The position numbers were made by a program, and so were the translations under genes. From Lachnospiraceae bacterium (GTDB taxonomy: Bacteria; Bacillota; Clostridia; Lachnospirales; Lachnospiraceae), in NCBI GenBank assembly GCA_030537215.1, contig JAUNOF010000003.1, forward strand, positions 2,610 to 66,609: a stretch of DNA of 64,000 bases, given 5' to 3'. This document shows positions 1-10,539 of the stretch, piece by piece. Below the pieces are notes generated by a model. The model did no database searches. It saw only the letters and a program-made list of their open reading frames with translations, and had not been told where the DNA came from. Position 1 is the first letter of the stretch, and each line of letters starts with the position of its first letter.

Positions 1-361
1 GGGCGATGTTATGAACCAGGTGAAGGAAGTAAAGGGCGTAAAGCTTCTGGCCTCCAAGGCAGACGGCGCCGATATGAACGGCCTGCGGAACTTAGGCGAC
101 CAGCTTAAGGAGAAGTTAGGTGAAGGTGTGATCGTGCTGGCTTCTGTGGTAGACGGCAAGGTAAATCTGATGGCAACCGCTACCGATGCTGCTATGAAGC
201 AGGGCGCTCATGCAGGCAATCTGATCAAGGGCATCGTGGGTCTAGTGGGCGGCGGCGGCGGCGGACGCCCAGGCATGGCTCAGGCCGGCGGCAAGAACCC
301 GGCTGGCGTAGATGCAGCGCTGGCAGAGGCTGAAAAGGTATTGGAAGGCCAGTTAAAGTAG
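1..361 (+). CDS. alaS: Alanine--tRNA ligase, C-terminal part (gene starts before the window)
   Basis: DHHA1/C-Ala motif VGGGGGGRPGMAQAGGK; ORF open at the window edge. Confidence 0.93.
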   Translation, partial: GDVMNQVKEVKGVKLLASKADGADMNGLRNLGDQLKEKLGEGVIVLASVVDGKVNLMATATDAAMKQGAHAGNLIKGIVGLVGGGGGGRPGMAQAGGKNPAGVDAALAEAEKVLEGQLK

Positions 362-408
362 CCGAATTTGTTAAATTCGAAAAAAATAAAATTTTGGTTA
401 AATTTTTC

Positions 409-436
409 TTGACGTATACCGATTTTATGCTATAAT
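409..436 (+). promoter_or_regulatory. SigA-type promoter upstream of rpsU
   Basis: TTGACG (409-414), 16 nt spacer, extended -10 TGcTATAAT (TATAAT 431-436). Confidence 0.7.
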
Positions 437-521
437 TACAACAGTGCTAAAAAATACCCACACAGTTGTATTTGAAGTTTTATGCACAAATACCGAACTG
501 GAGGGAGGTTAGGTGTGAGCT

Positions 522-698
522 ATGTCAAACGTAATTGTTAAAGATAACGAGAGCTTAGACAGCGCTTTACGCAGATTCAAAAGAAACTGTGCAAAGGCTG
601 GCATTCAGCAGGAAATTCGTAAAAGAGAGCATTACGAGAAGCCAAGCGTAAGACGTAAGAAAAAGTCTGAAGCTGCTAGAAAGCGTAAGTACAACTAA
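522..698 (+). CDS. rpsU: 30S ribosomal protein S21 (58 aa, absent from the ORF track)
   Basis: Manual translation [58 protein letters not shown]; GGAGG upstream. Confidence 0.97.
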   Translation: MSNVIVKDNESLDSALRRFKRNCAKAGIQQEIRKREHYEKPSVRRKKKSEAARKRKYN

Positions 699-708
699 TG
701 CTTCTATT

Positions 709-740
709 GCCCTGATTCTATATAGAATCAGGGCTTTTTT
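709..740 (+). terminator. Intrinsic terminator after rpsU
   Basis: Perfect stem GCCCTGATTCTA/TAGAATCAGGGC followed by T6. Confidence 0.88.
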
Positions 741-823
741 CGATTGATTCGTCTGCCTTCTCCGGTCTTTTTTTTATCCTTTATTCATAAGCTGTAGCAA
801 GGAATGGCTGCCGGAGGCATTGA

Positions 824-1102
824 TTGAGAAAGAGCATGGAAGAGAAGAAGGAGCTGATGGTTGCCGCCATGAAGCTGCCTATGGATGTGTTTCTTGGAGA
901 GCTGATCATATCAGTGATCGGCCGGAGGGCGGTTTATGTGGAAAATTACCGTTCCATCCTTTTCTATACCGATACCAGCTTAAAGATCCAGGGAAAGGAC
1001 TGCAAGCTGCTGATCCAGGGAAAGCACCTGGTTATTGAGTATTATACCGGAGATGAGATGAAGGTAACCGGGCGGATCGAATCAGTTGGCCTGGAGCAAT
1101 AG
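824..1102 (+). CDS. yqfC: YabP/YqfC family sporulation protein
   Basis: VENYRSILFYTDT...IEYYTGDEMKVTGRI pattern; directly upstream of yqfD and phoH. Confidence 0.82.
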   Translation: MRKSMEEKKELMVAAMKLPMDVFLGELIISVIGRRAVYVENYRSILFYTDTSLKIQGKDCKLLIQGKHLVIEYYTGDEMKVTGRIESVGLEQ

Positions 1103-1126
1103 CCAGGAGGCGAAGAAAGGCGGTGC

Positions 1127-2374
1127 GTGATCGTGGATTGGTTTCTCCATGGGTTCCGTGGCTTCATGGTGGTGAGGCTTACAGGATACTCACCAGAACG
1201 GTTTTTGAATCTCTGCAATTCCAGGGGAATTCCGATCTGGGGGCTGGAGTATCGAAACGGCGGATATGAGTTTTGCATGACGCTGGATGGATTTTGGCAG
1301 GTCCGTCCTTTGGTCAGGAAGTCCCAGGTTCGGCTGCGAATCAAAAAACGAGTGGGACTTCCTTTTTTTTTACAAAGGAACCGGAGCCGGGTTGGCTTTG
1401 GGGCTGGATTTCTTCTGTTTTTTATTCTTCTCTACGGGATGTCGCTGTTTATCTGGGATATCCAGGTGGAGGGGAACCGCAGATATACTTATGAGATGAT
1501 CACAGACTATTTGAATACCAGGGAGATCACCTGGGGGATGCCAAAAGCTAACATCGACTGTGAGGCTCTGGAAGCATCTCTGCGGGATTATTTCCCGGAG
1601 ATCACCTGGGCTGCGGCACGGATATCAGGAACCCGGCTGCTGATCGCAGTGAAAGAAAATGAGGTGATGTCCCATATCCCGGAGAAGGACGAAACTCCAT
1701 GTGATCTGGTGGCTTCCAAGCCGGGTGTGATATCGGAGATCATTGTACGTCAGGGAAAAGCCCAGGTGAAGGCAGGAGATCAGGTAGAGGCGGGACAGGT
1801 GCTGATCAGCGGCTCCATTCCCATTTATGACGACAGCGGACAGATCCAGTCTGTCCGGCAGGTTCGGGCGGATGGAGATGTGACGGCAGACACGGAATAT
1901 GCATTTTCCCAGCAATTCCCTCTGGTTCACACGGTGGAAGCTGATACGGGAGGCCGAAAATATGGATTAAGGGTAACGGCAGGAAAGTGGTCTGCTGTGC
2001 TTCTCCTTCCGTCTGATCCGGAGGAGACCTGGGTTTATCAGACAAACGAATACCAGGCAAAAATATTTTCTAGTTTTTATCTTCCCGTTTACTGGGGAAC
2101 CATTATTGGAAAAGAGGTGGACCGGTATGAAGCCTTTTACACAAAATCAGAAATCCAGCAGGTTTCTGAGGGAATCTATCAGAATTTTGTGAAAAATTTA
2201 AGTGAAAAGGGGGTACAAATAATTGAAAATGATGTTAAAATACTAGAAGATGAGTCTGTGTGCAGAATGGAGGGCGTACTTCGGACGAGAGAATCCATCA
2301 CACAGGTTCAGAGGATTACTGAGCCAAAGGAGACTGAGAATATCGAATATGAGCGTAGTGGAGAACATGATTGA
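1127..2374 (+). CDS. yqfD: Sporulation protein YqfD
   Basis: PERFLNLC, KRVGLPF, single TM then IWDIQVEGN; conserved yqfC-yqfD-phoH order. Confidence 0.88.
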   Translation: MIVDWFLHGFRGFMVVRLTGYSPERFLNLCNSRGIPIWGLEYRNGGYEFCMTLDGFWQVRPLVRKSQVRLRIKKRVGLPFFLQRNRSRVGFGAGFLLFFILLYGMSLFIWDIQVEGNRRYTYEMITDYLNTREITWGMPKANIDCEALEASLRDYFPEITWAAARISGTRLLIAVKENEVMSHIPEKDETPCDLVASKPGVISEIIVRQGKAQVKAGDQVEAGQVLISGSIPIYDDSGQIQSVRQVRADGDVTADTEYAFSQQFPLVHTVEADTGGRKYGLRVTAGKWSAVLLLPSDPEETWVYQTNEYQAKIFSSFYLPVYWGTIIGKEVDRYEAFYTKSEIQQVSEGIYQNFVKNLSEKGVQIIENDVKILEDESVCRMEGVLRTRESITQVQRITEPKETENIEYERSGEHD

Positions 2375-3353
2375 CATTCCCGTTGAACACGAGAAAAATG
2401 TATGCGGCCAGTTTGACGCATATTTAAAGAAAATTGAAAAGACTCTGCATGTTACCATGGTAAACCGTGACGGAGCATTAAAGATCATCGGACCGGAGCA
2501 GACGGTGCAGCGGGCAAAAAGCGTGTTCAGCAACCTGATCCAGCTTTCCAAGCGTGGGAATACCATCACGGAGCAGAACGTGGATTATGCCCTTTCTCTG
2601 GCATTTACCGAAAGTGACCATCAGATCCTGGAGATTGATCAGGATATCATCTGCCGGACGGTAACTGGTAAGCCGGTAAAGCCCAAGACCATGGGGCAGA
2701 AGCAGTATGTAGATGCCATCCGCAAGAAGATGATCGTCTTCGGAATCGGCCCTGCAGGAACGGGAAAGACCTACCTGGCCATGGCCATGGCGATCCAGGC
2801 ATTTAAAAACGGCGAGGTAGGGCGGATCATCCTGACCCGTCCGGCTATCGAAGCCGGGGAGAAGCTGGGCTTTCTTCCTGGTGACCTGCAGAGCAAAATT
2901 GACCCGTATCTGCGGCCTCTTTATGATGCTTTGTATCAGATCATGGGGGCAGAAAGCTATCTGCATAATTCGGAGAAGGGACTGATCGAGGTGGCTCCTC
3001 TGGCCTATATGAGAGGACGCACCCTGGATAACGCCTACATCATCCTGGATGAGGCGCAGAACACCACACCGGCCCAGATGAAGATGTTTCTGACCCGTAT
3101 CGGCTTCGGCTCAAAGGTGATCGTAACCGGCGACCAGACCCAGAAGGATCTTCCTTCCGGCGCGGTCAGCGGCCTGGATACAGCGCTGAAGGTGCTGCGG
3201 CGCATTGACGATATCGGCTTCTGCTATTTAAGCAGCAGCGATGTGGTGCGCCATCCTCTGGTGCAGAAGATCGTACAGGCTTATGATGATTATGAGTCCA
3301 AGAGCAAAGCCAGTGAGCGGAGCCGAAGGAGCAGTACCGGACAGCACAGGTAA
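2349..3353 (+). CDS. phoH: PhoH family ATPase
   Basis: GPAGTGKTYLA, RPAIEAGEKLGFLPGDL, DEAQN motifs; start placed at MSVVEN. Confidence 0.93.
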   Translation: MSVVENMIDIPVEHEKNVCGQFDAYLKKIEKTLHVTMVNRDGALKIIGPEQTVQRAKSVFSNLIQLSKRGNTITEQNVDYALSLAFTESDHQILEIDQDIICRTVTGKPVKPKTMGQKQYVDAIRKKMIVFGIGPAGTGKTYLAMAMAIQAFKNGEVGRIILTRPAIEAGEKLGFLPGDLQSKIDPYLRPLYDALYQIMGAESYLHNSEKGLIEVAPLAYMRGRTLDNAYIILDEAQNTTPAQMKMFLTRIGFGSKVIVTGDQTQKDLPSGAVSGLDTALKVLRRIDDIGFCYLSSSDVVRHPLVQKIVQAYDDYESKSKASERSRRSSTGQHR

Positions 3354-3383
3354 CGCAGGACAGATGGTATTATTTCACGTTTT

Positions 3384-3453
3384 CTTACGGTCAGCGCAGC
3401 AAGTACCCTCGCTTCGCTGGGGCAGACCCTGCGCAGACCTACTGAACAGTTAC
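3384..3453 (-). repeat. Partial/variant copy of the GTAAC-ended MITE
   Basis: Reverse complement matches the first 70 nt of the 47916 copy at 68/70 positions; ends TACTGAACAGTTAC. Confidence 0.88.
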
Positions 3454-3483
3454 CAAGGAATTACACAAGAAAGGTTGACAGCC

Positions 3484-3981
3484 ATGACCATCAATATTGA
3501 TTATGAGGCAGAAAAGAAGCTGGAGCTGCCCTATGAGGAGATCATCCGGGATATTGTGCTGGAGGCACTGGACTACGAGGAGTGCCCCTACGAGGCAGAA
3601 GTGAATGTAGTCCTCACGGACAATGAGGAGATCCATAAGCTGAATCTGGAATACCGAGGGATCGACCGTCCTACCGACGTGCTATCCTTCCCTATGCTGG
3701 AATATGAGACCCCTTCCGATTTTTCTTATGTGGAGGATGATTTTGAGGACTGCTTTAATCCGGAGACCGGGGAACTGATGCTGGGAGATATTATCATTTC
3801 CGTGGATAAGATTGAGGAGCAGGCAAAAAGCTATGGACATTCCCAGACCAGGGAGCTGGCCTTCCTGGTGGCTCACAGCATGCTTCATCTGTGCGGTTAC
3901 GACCACATGGAGGATGGAGAACGGGAAGAGATGGAGCAAAAGCAGCGAGAGATTCTGGAGCTTAGGGGGTACAAACGATGA
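3484..3981 (+). CDS. ybeY: rRNA maturation RNase YbeY
   Basis: DRPTDVLSFP, LGDIIIS, HSMLHLCGYDH motifs. Confidence 0.95.
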   Translation: MTINIDYEAEKKLELPYEEIIRDIVLEALDYEECPYEAEVNVVLTDNEEIHKLNLEYRGIDRPTDVLSFPMLEYETPSDFSYVEDDFEDCFNPETGELMLGDIIISVDKIEEQAKSYGHSQTRELAFLVAHSMLHLCGYDHMEDGEREEMEQKQREILELRGYKR

Positions 3982-5135
3982 GAAAAGCTTTCGTGATAGG
4001 AGCCTGCCTGTGTGCGATGGCCGGGCTGCTTGGCGGCTGTACAGGCAAATATGAGGAAGCGGTGGTGACCAATGCGGAAACTCTGGCAGATACAGGGGAG
4101 GATGCCGCCATCACAATTATCCAGGAAACCACAGAACCGGAGCCGGAGACAGAAGCTGAGGCAGAAGCGTCTGCCGGAGGAATTTTAAACCTGTCAGACC
4201 GGACCCCGACAGACGGCAAGGTAAGAAGTTATCTGACCGGCGAATGGGTAGATGAGGCCATCGGCAACCGCCGCCCCATCGCAACCATGATGAGCAATGA
4301 TAAGGCGGCCCTTCCGCAGTACGGAATCAACCGGGCCGGCGTTGTCTACGAGGCGAATGTGGAGGGCACCATGAACCGCTACATGTCGATCATCGAGGAT
4401 TATGATGATCTGGAGCGGATCGGCTCCACCAGAAGCTGCCGGACCTACTATACCTACTTTGCCAGAGAATTTGATGCTATTTACTCTCACTATGGACAGA
4501 GCACCTTTGCGGTTCCATATCTGAAAAATGTGGATAATATCAACGGCATCGAAGGCATCGGCGCCACGGCCTTTTATCGTTCCAATGATAAAAAAGCGCC
4601 TCATAATGCCTATACCAGCGGCGACCGCCTGAAAAAGGCGATTGAAAAGCTGGGATATTCTACGGAATACAATGCAGACTATCGCGGGCATTATCAGTTT
4701 GCAGATGGAGAATACAGTCTGGATGGAAGCCAGGGTGTGATGGAGGCCATAAAGGTGGTTCCAGGCTATGCGATGAATAAAGCTATGTTTGTGTATCAGG
4801 CGGATGACGGACTTTACCATCGTTACCAGTATGGGGACATCCACCAGGGAAACGAGGGCCCGATCACGGCGAAGAATCTGATCATCCAGTACTGCCAGAC
4901 CGGCCGATATGCAACTACCGAATATTTGAATATTAATGTACATACTTCCGGCGAAAATGGGTATTTCTTCACCAATGGAAAGGGAATTCCTATTACGTGG
5001 GAAAAGGACGGGGAATTCGGCGTCACCCACTACTACGGACCGGATGGAAAGGAGATCATCTTGAACCAGGGACAGACCTGGGTATGCATCGTCAATGCCC
5101 TGGACAAGAGCAAGATCGAGATTTATGGAGAATAA
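3978..5135 (+). CDS. Lipoprotein, DUF3048/YerB-like
   Basis: Lipobox LLGGC; RPIATMMSN..PQYGI..VVYE..RSCRTY, APHNAY motifs. Confidence 0.75.
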   Translation: MRKAFVIGACLCAMAGLLGGCTGKYEEAVVTNAETLADTGEDAAITIIQETTEPEPETEAEAEASAGGILNLSDRTPTDGKVRSYLTGEWVDEAIGNRRPIATMMSNDKAALPQYGINRAGVVYEANVEGTMNRYMSIIEDYDDLERIGSTRSCRTYYTYFAREFDAIYSHYGQSTFAVPYLKNVDNINGIEGIGATAFYRSNDKKAPHNAYTSGDRLKKAIEKLGYSTEYNADYRGHYQFADGEYSLDGSQGVMEAIKVVPGYAMNKAMFVYQADDGLYHRYQYGDIHQGNEGPITAKNLIIQYCQTGRYATTEYLNINVHTSGENGYFFTNGKGIPITWEKDGEFGVTHYYGPDGKEIILNQGQTWVCIVNALDKSKIEIYGE

Positions 5136-6888
5136 CAACAGAAATTATAACAGCAGAAGAAAGCCCGGTACCTCCCGGGGGAGGAATAGGGGAAGCGGAA
5201 ACGTTTCCCCCAAAAATAGTCCTCAGAAAAAAGGAAAAAACATGGATGGGGCGGCCAGCTTCGTCATTCAGGGAAGTATCCTGGCAGCAGCCGGTATTGT
5301 AGTCCGCCTGATCGGACTCTTTTACCGGATCCCGCTGATTGGGATTATTGGAGATGAGGGAAACGGCTATTATACCTCAGCCTTCAGCATTTATTCGATT
5401 CTTTTGATCGTTTCTTCCTACAGCCTTCCCACTGCCGTATCCAAGATGGTTTCCACCAGGATTGCCAAGGGTCAATACTGCAATTCTGTCCGGATCCTGA
5501 AAGCGTCCATGGTATACGCAGCGGTGGTGGGTGGAATTGCCGCCTTTGCCATCTGGTTTGGCGCTGATCTCTTTGCCGGAGCCATGCAGATGCCATATTC
5601 CAGCTATGCATTGCGGACACTGGCGCCTACTATATGGATTATGGCATTTCTGGGAGTCCTTCGTGGATATTTCCAGGGAACCGGAACCATGGTGCCCACC
5701 GCCATCTCCCAGATTTTGGAGCAGGTGGCCAATGCAGTGGTCAGCATCGCAGCGGCCTGGTATCTGTTCCGCGAAGGCATGAAGGCTAATCTGGTTCGCG
5801 GAGGAACGGAATATTCCTATGCTTTTGGAGCAGCCGGAGGCACCATCGGAACGGGAGCAGGCGCTTTGATCGCATTTCTGTTCTGTGCATTTTTAATGCT
5901 GACCTACCGGAAAACCTTAAAACGTCAATGCCGGAAAGATAGAACTGGTGATACAGAAGGGTACGGGGAACTGGCAGGGATCCTGACCATGACCATCCTT
6001 CCGATTGTCTTAAGCAGCACCGTTTACAACATCAGCTCTGTGCTGGATAACTTTTTCTTTGGACAGGGAATGGCTCACTTGGGGCAGTCTGATGTGATTG
6101 CTTCCCAGTGGGGGATTTTTGGAAAATATCACACCTTGTTTATGATTCCGGTGGCCATTGCCAATGCCTTGTCCTCCTCGCTGATCCCGTCCCTTTCCCG
6201 TGCTGTCGCCAGCAAGGACCGGGGACAGGTGCTGGATAAGGTCAGCACCGCCATCCGCTTTTCCATGCTGATCGCAATTCCGGCAACGGTAGGGCTTACT
6301 GTACTGTCTGCCCCCATCAATAATCTTTTGTTTCCAAGCAAGAGCGGAGATTTGCTGGTGCAGATCACCATGGCAGGCGCATCTGCAGTGGCATTTTATT
6401 CCTTGTCTACCGTAACGAATGCAATTTTGCAGGGCATCAATCACATGAATACGCCGCTTAGGAATGCGGCGGTCTCCCTTGTGCTGCATGTGGTAATTCT
6501 GGTTGTGATGCTCTATGGATTAAAATGGGGGATTTATGCTGTAATTTTCTCCAATATATTATTTGCTCTGACCATGTGTATCCTGAATGGGATTTCCATT
6601 GGAAAATATCTGGATTATCGCCAGGAATACCGGAAGACCTTTATCCTGCCGTTTTTCAGTGCAGTTGTGATGGGAATTGCAGCTTATCTGGTTTCTCTTG
6701 GATGCTCCAAGATCCTTCCGGATGGAAGGTTGTGGCTGGGCGTGCAGGTATTTGCTGCCGTTATCGCTGCAATTGCAGTATATGGCGTTGCCCTGATCAA
6801 GCTGCAGGCAGTAGACGAGGTAGAGCTTTATGATATGCCGGCAGGCCGCCGGCTGGTTCGGATCGCCAGAAGGTTCCGGCTTTTGTAG
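5125..6888 (+). CDS. SpoVB/MurJ-like polysaccharide biosynthesis flippase (MOP family)
   Basis: Multi-TM protein with YRIPL..IGDEGNGYY, RGYFQG, SQILEQ motifs. Confidence 0.85.
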   Translation: MENNNRNYNSRRKPGTSRGRNRGSGNVSPKNSPQKKGKNMDGAASFVIQGSILAAAGIVVRLIGLFYRIPLIGIIGDEGNGYYTSAFSIYSILLIVSSYSLPTAVSKMVSTRIAKGQYCNSVRILKASMVYAAVVGGIAAFAIWFGADLFAGAMQMPYSSYALRTLAPTIWIMAFLGVLRGYFQGTGTMVPTAISQILEQVANAVVSIAAAWYLFREGMKANLVRGGTEYSYAFGAAGGTIGTGAGALIAFLFCAFLMLTYRKTLKRQCRKDRTGDTEGYGELAGILTMTILPIVLSSTVYNISSVLDNFFFGQGMAHLGQSDVIASQWGIFGKYHTLFMIPVAIANALSSSLIPSLSRAVASKDRGQVLDKVSTAIRFSMLIAIPATVGLTVLSAPINNLLFPSKSGDLLVQITMAGASAVAFYSLSTVTNAILQGINHMNTPLRNAAVSLVLHVVILVVMLYGLKWGIYAVIFSNILFALTMCILNGISIGKYLDYRQEYRKTFILPFFSAVVMGIAAYLVSLGCSKILPDGRLWLGVQVFAAVIAAIAVYGVALIKLQAVDEVELYDMPAGRRLVRIARRFRLL

Positions 6889-6957
6889 AAAATCAGCAGA
6901 TAAATGGTTAAAAAGGGAAAAATAAGCAGATACTATACTTTGACAAGGAGGTAATCC

Positions 6958-7362
6958 ATGAAAAAGTATCATATCTGCTTTCTTTTGCTGTTGGGGCTGG
7001 CTTTGATCAGCCTGTTTGGCGTTTTTGTGATCATGCAGAATCAGGAGGAGGGAATGCTGCAGCCGCCGGCTGTGGAGTATGAAACGGAGGAAACCCTTCC
7101 GGAAACCGAGACGATGCCAGAGGATCAGATTGTGGTCAATCAGGAGCAGATCCGGCCGGCGCCATCTGAGGAAATGGGCTTCTTGCTGGTGTCTGAGGAT
7201 GGCTTTCTGCTGGTGTTCGGGAGCAACCGTTCTGAAATCTGCTTATATACCCATATTCCCATCACCGATTTTCCGGAGACGGAGCGGGAGAAGCTGCGTC
7301 ATGGGATCTGGTTTCCGGCAATGGAGGAAATTTACAGCTATTTGGAATCCTATACCAGTTAA
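6958..7362 (+). CDS. Membrane-anchored protein with BofC C-terminal-like domain
   Basis: GGAGG RBS; N-terminal TM; C-terminal EREKLRHGI...EEIYSYLESYTS. Confidence 0.6.
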   Translation: MKKYHICFLLLLGLALISLFGVFVIMQNQEEGMLQPPAVEYETEETLPETETMPEDQIVVNQEQIRPAPSEEMGFLLVSEDGFLLVFGSNRSEICLYTHIPITDFPETEREKLRHGIWFPAMEEIYSYLESYTS

Positions 7363-7513
7363 GAAACAGTTGCAAGAACGAGAAAAAACGGATAGAATAG
7401 GTTACAGTCTGAAATGAAAATGATTTCGGCTGCAGCAGGCAGCGAAAAAAAGAAAAAGCTGCTGCGGGCAGAGAAAGAGATGGCCGCAGTCAGGAGCGGT
7501 GCAGGAGGAAGCA

Positions 7514-8836
7514 ATGAAAAAGCAAGTGGTCATTATCGGCGGCGGCGCAGCAGGACTGACGGCTGCCATCTGGGCAGCCAGGTCTGGGGCGATGGTTACT
7601 GTAATCGAGCATATGGACCGTGTGGGGAAGAAGATTCTCTCCACGGGAAATGGAAGGTGTAATCTGACCAACGGGCGGATGGAGGCGGACTGCTTCCGCT
7701 GTGAAGATCCGGAATTTCCTATGCAGGTAATTGACCAGTTTGGCTGGAAGGATACCCTTCGGTGGTTTTCTTCCATGGGAGTGCTGTGCAAAAGCCGGAT
7801 GGAAACCTATTATTATCCGGTATCCGATCAGGCGTCTGCTGTCCTGGATGCCCTTCGGCTGGAATGTGAGCACTTAGGGGTTACAGTACTGACAGAATGT
7901 CAGCCAAAAACCATTCGCTGGGAGAGGAAGAGGGGGCAGACACTTTTTTCAATTTCTACAAACCGCCAGATCCTGCCTGCGGACAGCCTGATTCTGGCAT
8001 GCGGCTCTAAGGCGGCGCCCAATACCGGCTCTGACGGCAGCGGTTATGACCTGGCCAGATCCCTGGGGCACCATGTAATCAAGCCTCTGCCGGCTTTGGT
8101 CCAGCTCCGGTGCCAGGGAAATCATTACAAGCAGCTGGCAGGGATCCGGACAGATGCAAGGCTTACCCTCTGCGTTGCAGGTCAGAAGGTCTGGGAGGAA
8201 AGCGGGGAGCTGCAGATCACCGATTACGGTATTTCCGGCATTCCGGTGTTCCAGCTAAGCCGATTTGCAGCCAGGGCATTGGATGAGAAGAAAAAGGTGC
8301 AGGTATGGATCGATTTCCTTCCTTTCATGGATCTGGAGGAGACTCATGTATTTTTCAAGCAGCGGTTTCAGGAATTTGGCCACAGGAAGGGCGAGGATTT
8401 CCTTACCGGTGTGGTAAATAAAAAGCTGGCCCAGGTGCTGCTGCGGATGGCAGGGATTCGGATGGATGAGCCGGTGAGCCGGTCATCAGCAAAGCAGCGG
8501 GCCCAGCTGATCAAAGGCTTAAAGGAGTATGAGGCGCTGGTCAGCTCCGTCAATCCCTTTGCCAATGCACAGGTGTGCTGCGGCGGCGTGGATGTGTCGG
8601 AGATCAATCCTTGTACCATGGAATCCAGGCTGGTTCCGGGACTATTTTTTGCAGGGGAGCTGCTGGATGTGGACGGGATCTGCGGCGGCTATAACCTGCA
8701 GTGGGCCTGGTCTTCGGGTAAGGTGGCGGGAGTCCAGGCGGCCCAGTGGAATGGAGGGCATCGGGACTATCCCATGGCAGAGCCCCAGCGGACCAGACAG
8801 GTGAAACTTCCGGTAAGCTATAAAAACAGGAGATAA
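7514..8836 (+). CDS. HI0933/YhiN family flavoprotein
   Basis: GGGAAG, GKKILSTGNGRCNLTN, GELLDVDGICGGYNLQWAWSSG. Confidence 0.9.
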   Translation: MKKQVVIIGGGAAGLTAAIWAARSGAMVTVIEHMDRVGKKILSTGNGRCNLTNGRMEADCFRCEDPEFPMQVIDQFGWKDTLRWFSSMGVLCKSRMETYYYPVSDQASAVLDALRLECEHLGVTVLTECQPKTIRWERKRGQTLFSISTNRQILPADSLILACGSKAAPNTGSDGSGYDLARSLGHHVIKPLPALVQLRCQGNHYKQLAGIRTDARLTLCVAGQKVWEESGELQITDYGISGIPVFQLSRFAARALDEKKKVQVWIDFLPFMDLEETHVFFKQRFQEFGHRKGEDFLTGVVNKKLAQVLLRMAGIRMDEPVSRSSAKQRAQLIKGLKEYEALVSSVNPFANAQVCCGGVDVSEINPCTMESRLVPGLFFAGELLDVDGICGGYNLQWAWSSGKVAGVQAAQWNGGHRDYPMAEPQRTRQVKLPVSYKNRR

Positions 8837-8847
8837 TAACAGATAAC

Positions 8848-10458
8848 ATGATTCGAATTACCCAGGTAAAATTACCGATCACACATACATATGAAGATTT
8901 ATTAATCCGGACGGCCAAGCTGCTTCGGATCTCAGACAGCCAGATCAAAAGCGTCCGCATTGTCAAACAGTCGGTGGATGCCAGAAAGCGGGAGGAGATC
9001 GCCTACAGCTATGTGCTGGATGTGGAAACAGACCGGGAAGAGCAGGTGGTGAAGCATTCCAAAAATTCCAACGCATCCATCAGCAAGGAAAAGCCATACC
9101 AGTTTCCGTCTTCCGGTTCCGGAAGCTTATCCCATCCGCCGGTTATCGTCGGAAGCGGCCCGGCAGGGCTGTTCTGCGGCCTGATGCTGGCCCGGCATGG
9201 TTACCGGCCTCTGATCTTGGAGCGGGGCGGCTCTGTGGAGGAACGAACCAGACAGGTTCAGACCTTTTGGAAAGAGGGGAAACTGGATCCTAACAGTAAT
9301 GTACAGTTTGGAGAAGGGGGAGCGGGAACCTTTTCGGATGGAAAGCTGAATACCTTAGTGAAGGACCCCATAGGCCGGAATCGGAAGGTTCTGGAGCTTT
9401 TTTCTGAATTTGGAGCAGATCCTTCTATCTGCTATGTAAATAAGCCTCACATCGGTACGGATGTGCTCAGCCGGATCGTGGCAGCCATGCGCCAGGAGAT
9501 CATCCGACTGGGCGGGCAGGTTCGGTTCCACAGTCAGGTGACAGATTTTTCCATACAAGACGGAGCGCTCCAGGGGCTGATCGTCAATGGAAGAGAGGAG
9601 ATTCCGGCGGAGACGGTTGTCCTTGCAGTGGGGCACAGCGCCAGAGATACCTTTGAAATCTTGTGGAAGCGGCAGGTCCCTATGGATGCCAAGGCATTTG
9701 CAGTAGGACTTCGGATCCAGCATCCTCAGTCTATGATCGATGAGGCGCAGTATGGACAGGAGGCAGCCAGGATCCTGGGACCTGCCAGCTATAAGCTGAC
9801 CCACACCTGTAAAAACGGCAGAGGGGTTTACTCCTTCTGTATGTGCCCAGGGGGCTTTGTGGTCAATGCTTCCTCCGAGGAAGGACGTCTGGCTGTGAAT
9901 GGCATGAGCTATCACGCCAGGGACGGAAAAAATGCCAACAGCGCCTTAATCGTGACCGTGACCCCGGAGGATTTCGGAGGAGATGGGCCCCTTTCCGGCA
10001 TTGCCTTTCAGCGGAGGCTGGAGGAGGCTGCTTATCAGGCAGGAAAGGGCAGCATACCGATTCAGCTTTATGAGGACTTTAAAGAAAACCGTATATCCAG
10101 CCAGTACGGTCAGATTGTGCCCCAGTTTGAGGGAAGGGTTTCCTTTGCGAATCTGAGGGAAATTCTGCCGGAGGCCATATCCCATTCTCTGATTGAGGGA
10201 ATTGACCGGTTTGGAGGAATGATCCCAGGCTTTGACCGGGGAGATTCCATTCTGGCCGGGATCGAGAGCCGGACCTCATCACCGATTCGGATCCACCGGA
10301 ATGGACAGTTGGAAAGTGAGATAAAGGGATTGTTTCCCTGCGGAGAAGGAGCCGGATACGCAGGAGGTATCACCTCAGCGGCAATGGACGGACTTAAAGT
10401 GGCAGAGGAAATTGCAAGGCGCTATCGGCCTATTGACGAATCAATCGGTCTGGCGTAA
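8848..10458 (+). CDS. FAD-dependent oxidoreductase
   Basis: GSGPAG, NVQFGEGGAGTFSDGKL, FCMCPGG, GEGAGYAGGITSAAMDG. Confidence 0.88.
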   Translation: MIRITQVKLPITHTYEDLLIRTAKLLRISDSQIKSVRIVKQSVDARKREEIAYSYVLDVETDREEQVVKHSKNSNASISKEKPYQFPSSGSGSLSHPPVIVGSGPAGLFCGLMLARHGYRPLILERGGSVEERTRQVQTFWKEGKLDPNSNVQFGEGGAGTFSDGKLNTLVKDPIGRNRKVLELFSEFGADPSICYVNKPHIGTDVLSRIVAAMRQEIIRLGGQVRFHSQVTDFSIQDGALQGLIVNGREEIPAETVVLAVGHSARDTFEILWKRQVPMDAKAFAVGLRIQHPQSMIDEAQYGQEAARILGPASYKLTHTCKNGRGVYSFCMCPGGFVVNASSEEGRLAVNGMSYHARDGKNANSALIVTVTPEDFGGDGPLSGIAFQRRLEEAAYQAGKGSIPIQLYEDFKENRISSQYGQIVPQFEGRVSFANLREILPEAISHSLIEGIDRFGGMIPGFDRGDSILAGIESRTSSPIRIHRNGQLESEIKGLFPCGEGAGYAGGITSAAMDGLKVAEEIARRYRPIDESIGLA

Positions 10459-10539
10459 GATAGGACGTAACCGTAAGGTGTAAAGTCAGATAGAAATAGC
10501 TGCCGTTTGGAACGGTTACTAGAAATGGGAGATAGAGAC

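Noticed and set aside
4194-5138. Long antisense ORF (314 aa) and the many other overlapping ORFs in the track
   Set aside because: They shadow well-supported genes on the opposite strand or another frame and show no recognisable motifs
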